This document shows, in pieces, positions 59,901-64,000 of a stretch of DNA of 64,000 nucleotides. The notes beneath the pieces were generated by a model that saw only the letters and a program-made list of their open reading frames with translations, was not told the origin of the DNA and made no database searches. The DNA lies in contig OZ320320.1 in the NCBI GenBank assembly GCA_976226885.1, forward strand, positions 67,828,001 to 67,892,000, in the 5' to 3' direction. The position numbers and the translations under genes were made by a program. Source of the stretch: Iphione sp. A-MEVVRFRX5 (Eukaryota). The stretch's first letter is position 1. The number at the start of each line of letters is the position of its first letter.

Positions 59901-62900
59901 ATCAGTATTTCTGAGTGTATCTCATATCCCCTTTTCATTAATGGTACATTGTTCCCTTTGCATGGATGAGCAGAATTTATAATGAATGCCCTGTGAATGA
60001 CTGTGTGGACTTGTTTGTTATTCTGACTCAAAAATCAGCAACTATTTTAGCCACGTGCTGCATGGTTTACAAGTATATGTTCATAACCTATAATGTACCA
60101 GTTGGATTCTGAAGTGTAAACAGCCGTTCGCTACAAAGTTCTAAAGCATGTTTTAGATGGAAACGCTATATTGCCGTTCTGCAAAATCCAGGAAATGTTG
60201 AGTACCAATGGCAGCCGCAGCTTTTATTTATTATATCTACATAGAAGATTGTTTTGTCTCATTTTTCCGTAAGGCATAAGCTTTTTTTCTGAAATTGACA
60301 TTCATAAGTTTGCTCTTTTTCAAATCCTATGATTTTGACAAAGGCAAGACATGAGGTAAGCTCTTAGTAATTTATTCTTATATCTCAGGGCAACCTCTGC
60401 ACTATGGACTTAATTAGGTATTTAGCGCAATTGAAATACTGTCAGTTTTCACGACCATTTTGTAAATTCCAGATTCTTTCAGAAGTGACCTTCCTCCTCA
60501 GTAGCAGTCTATGTCTCGAGTATTTCATAAATATTCTGCTGAAAAGCTGTGTAAAGGAGCTGAACTAGCATGACTATACAGCTGTACAAATCCTGAACAA
60601 GGCTGGATAATTTGGTGCAGTTGCTTTTAACATGCTTTGCTGAATGGTATCACACCGCATAGGAAAGTGTATTTGCAATGTTTTACATTATCTAAAACAA
60701 ACAATAGCGGAAAAGAGACGCTTCACTTGGGATTTCACAATGGTAATGCTGTAATGTGTACACGTTTGGCTCGGGGCAATAATCACCGTTTTATTGTAAC
60801 CTCATGAGAGTTCATATCTATCGTGTTGTGATTCTTACTTTCACACTGAAATCTATATTTCTGTGCTACTGCCGGGAGAGGCTTGACTGTAATAGATTGT
60901 GAGTCTGTGTTTTATGCATGGTGCTCTATGTATTGTCTTATGTGCAGACCATAGCAAGAAAGGACACAACAAAACGACGACCGACAATCTTAACATGGCA
61001 CATTCCATCTTGACAAAGTTGGCTCTTTATCAACTCAACCCTTAAGACAATGGTTAGAGTTAGCTTTAGGTTATTATTAGTAGAGTTGAACACTGGAACT
61101 TGTGTTCCTAGTGAAAGTGGCCCCATTTAGAGGGTGGCTCGAGTTCTAAGTGTTATAGCAAAAACATGATCCTGAACTATCCAATATTATCACGTTTTGC
61201 ATATTTTATCATATTTATGTTACTACATAACGACACACGGAACGCACGTCATGAATTTGGTTAAAATTCTTTAAATAAGTGAACCTAGAAGAGGTCAACA
61301 ATAATGGATAGAATAAAAGTTTATTTTCCATGTCCATGATGCCACCAACCAAAACTAATCAATCTGCTGGTTGTTTTCAAGAAATTCTTGTAGGGTGGTC
61401 TCTCTTATCTTGCATGGTGCGCAGACGAGGTGGAAGGCTTCAGTGACCGTCATAAAGGATGAGAGGGACCAGCTGCTATGAAATCACGAACATCCTTAAA
61501 AAGTATTGCTTTATCAACAAATCAGTGCATATATATATATATAATACGTGAATTGCACGGGAAAGATGTGTACATGCAACACAGCAATGGGAACTAATAA
61601 ATACGTTGACAATGTTCATGATGTAATTAAGTAACAATAGCCAGTCTGATGGTTCGTCTGAAGAAATCCTTCATGGTGGTCTGTTTGGTCTGCATGGGGC
61701 ACTCTCAAAGGCTGTCTTAAGAGATAAGAGGAACCGGGTGTAGTTCTGCATCAGGCAGTGCCGTATAACGGTCTCCAGCATGTGCTGGTTCTCTGCTTCA
61801 GTTGTCTTTCCATCCACCTCCTGTCCCTTCTCCTGTTCCTCAGCTGTACAGGCTGAACCCCTGGATGATATGTACACTCTCCTCTGACTCATCCAGGCTG
61901 TCAGATGGCCAGTCATAGTCGATGTCACGGATGTCCTCTGGACAGGGTCAGGGGAGCTTTAAGGTGGAACGCCTCCTTGATTTTCAGCTTAAGATGACTA
62001 AGATGGAGGTTGCACTCTGGATCATCATAACCATCTGTGGGCACTGGTGTAGGGTCATCAAGAAACTTCACCCCATCCCTGAAGAAGCATGCATTAAAGA
62101 CAACTTGAAATAGTACAGCATAGGAATTTCCTTTAAACTCTAAATTTCCGCATATGCATTCTCTGAAATTGTGTATTGAATAGGGGTATTGAAACTTCAT
62201 GTGTCAACTGTAGGGTTGAGGTGAAAAGATTGAAATATAATAGGTAAATTTGTAGTTTGTGCTAGATATTTTTATTTCATAAATGTTTGATAAGAATATG
62301 CAACCAAAATGTGTTTCATACATTTAGTTTAATGGATTAAATGTAATTGTAGTAAGAATATCTGACTGATTCGATTATGTTATTTGATTCGTTTCTGATG
62401 TGTCAGGGTTGGAGTCACTATTGGATTTCCTTTCATGATCTAAGTAAAAAATGTACTATTGGTGCCTAAATCAATACAGATTTGAGTCCAAAAGTTTTTA
62501 TTGATGGTGGCAGTAAAAAGATTGAAAAATGAATCTATACAGTGAGCCAGAATTGTAATTAAAATTGATCGTCATTTATTCATTTTTTTTTCATGCAGAA
62601 TTACTAGGTTTTGGGAGAAACCTAATCCATGTGAGACTGAGTCACGCATGGCCAGTGTGGTGTTCTACTGCTTTCGCAAGTCCAATCTAGCTCTCTTTCA
62701 AGAGTTCCTTTCTGAAAACCTGGATGCTGACAAAAGGACCTTTGGTAACTTTATGGTAGGTGGCCACACAGCTGTACATTTCCTCTTACCTCTCCTATTA
62801 CAGAATCACCGTTTTGAATCGAAATTTTTTGCTTGCTTAGGTCCTCTTAGATTTGATATTTAAAGTAAGTTATTATTAACTTGTGTTAGATTTCTTGATC

Positions 62901-63187
62901 CTGGCCCTCCTCTTGCCCGCTTAAGCCACAACTCCTTCTTATATATTAATATAAACCTGCTTCTCTTGAAGGAGTCTCTCATGTTTGTTATCTCCAGTAC
63001 TGGGGACTGTAATTTTTGTTGATCCGATTTCTGATATTACAAGAAATATTCATGAATATACAGAATTATGTATGCCTAACTTTTTAATTTTTCTACCATT
63101 ACTTATTAGGAATGGTACGTCAACAAACGGCAGATGCTTGTCTATGGAATGAAGTTACCAACTGGGTTCCAGCTGATTGGACAAGTG
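53272..63187 (+). CDS. gkup: Glucuronokinase with N-terminal nucleotidyltransferase domain (5' part; gene continues beyond the window)
   Basis: Exons 53272-53328, 55510-55610, 56073-56117, 56338-56424, 57729-57795, 59199-59359, 62599-62755, 63110-63187. MICIVLVAGHGTLLE, GVPKALLPGVGG, VYLVTNADK, VAGDML, YGMKLPTGFQLIGQV match the fish gkup type from memory. Confidence 0.87.
53434..54062. mobile_element. Possible foldback or MITE element with inverted arrays of gggcccaattgtctg
   Basis: Left ccggacaattgggcccccagatgattggg is the inverse of the right 20-bp tandem array at about 53991-54062. No clear TSD. Confidence 0.5.
54065..54950 (+). pseudogene. Penelope-like retroelement remnant (GIY-YIG endonuclease; RT deleted)
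   Basis: Fragments DLDRFQCLLRLRAYF, KNLKDILV, TCWSSNIIYCTTCKRCGAPYV and HHWIHQLRT*APLGL resemble Penelope N-terminus and GIY-YIG motifs. Confidence 0.7.
56934..57018. repeat. (AAC)n microsatellite
   Basis: Directly visible. Confidence 0.97.
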
Positions 63188-64000
63188 GTGAGTGGGAAGA
63201 GTTGTATCTCTGTTCGGGTGAAACACATTGAAGTCAGCTTCACTCCCTAAATCCTGCCACTGTCTGAGGTTTCTCCTCTCCATCTCTGTCACTAGCTGAA
63301 ACTGATGTTACGCTCTAGTCGTGTTCTGCATCTAGAACTTGTGACATCTAGATGTCTGGGTTTGTACTGCTGATGCCCAGTGGAGTTTCCCCGGAGCTTC
63401 TTTGGTAGTTTTTAGTACTGTCTATCTAGACTGGCACATCGATGCATCATATATGAGCCTATAATACCAGTATCCTGTTTCCTTGATCTTGGTGTTCCCA
63501 CCATCTTGCTAGATAATTATTTCCTTTTCCCGTCAACTGGGGGTATTCTTGTTCAGTGTGTTAACATTCTGTGATCCTCAGGCAAAGTGTCACTGAGGTC
63601 TATCAGTAATATTATAAGGGCCATCCGGATAACTTTTGATTCCTACAAAGAAGGCTCATACCTGTGATCTGTTCCATGAGTTTCCCTTCAACCTTTTTAA
63701 GACGAATACTTATCGTTCTCTTCTAATGCAGAATCCTACAGCATTCAGAAGGACTCGAAGCAATTGTATGTACAAAGTAAATTTACCCAGAATCAAGCAA
63801 GTGTGGTCGTCCCAAAGGTTTACATCGAAAATATGTACATGTACATTGGGATAGGTGAATTTCAAACGCCGTCAAAATTTTCCAAACTTCGTTTTTTGAA
63901 ATTCATTTCTTGACCCTGCTGGTTATTATTTTGATTGATAGTTATGATTATGAAAGGCAGAGGCTTTGTCTGGTCTCTTCATATAGGGCCTGAAAGACTA

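Noticed and set aside
61671-62200. Short ORFs in a gkup intron
   Set aside because: No recognisable domain, splice support or repeat boundaries.

Overview
Eukaryotic (probably marine invertebrate) scaffold with one N-gap. It holds four intron-rich host genes in two head-to-head pairs: MRPL39(-)/CFAP45(+) and SDHD(-)/gkup(+, runs off the right edge). Three different Ty3/Gypsy LTR retrotransposons sit on the minus strand, each next to an ATAT target. Element 1 (<1-7177) is decayed. Element 2 (23736-32578) lies in CFAP45 intron 3 and has identical LTRs. Element 3 (42830-52152) lies in SDHD intron 1. MITEs, a non-autonomous hAT, a Penelope remnant and microsatellites are also present. Main discovery: downstream of integrase each element encodes a two-finger C2H2 zinc-finger protein. 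In elements 2 and 3 the recognition helices predict the site 5'-GCG GAG-3'. That hexamer is arrayed in the element's own LTR U3, just after the PBS, and around a conserved internal CCAAT-TATA-Inr promoter whose first ATG starts the zinc-finger protein. In element 1 finger 1 has changed and the arrayed motif has changed with it (GCGGG[G/T]). This suggests a self-encoded, sequence-specific transactivator or anti-silencing circuit in a Gypsy clade. A further accessory ORF carries an unknown conserved WAxGR..PxGWR domain. Function and novelty are inferences; no database search was run, and all counts and alignments are by hand.
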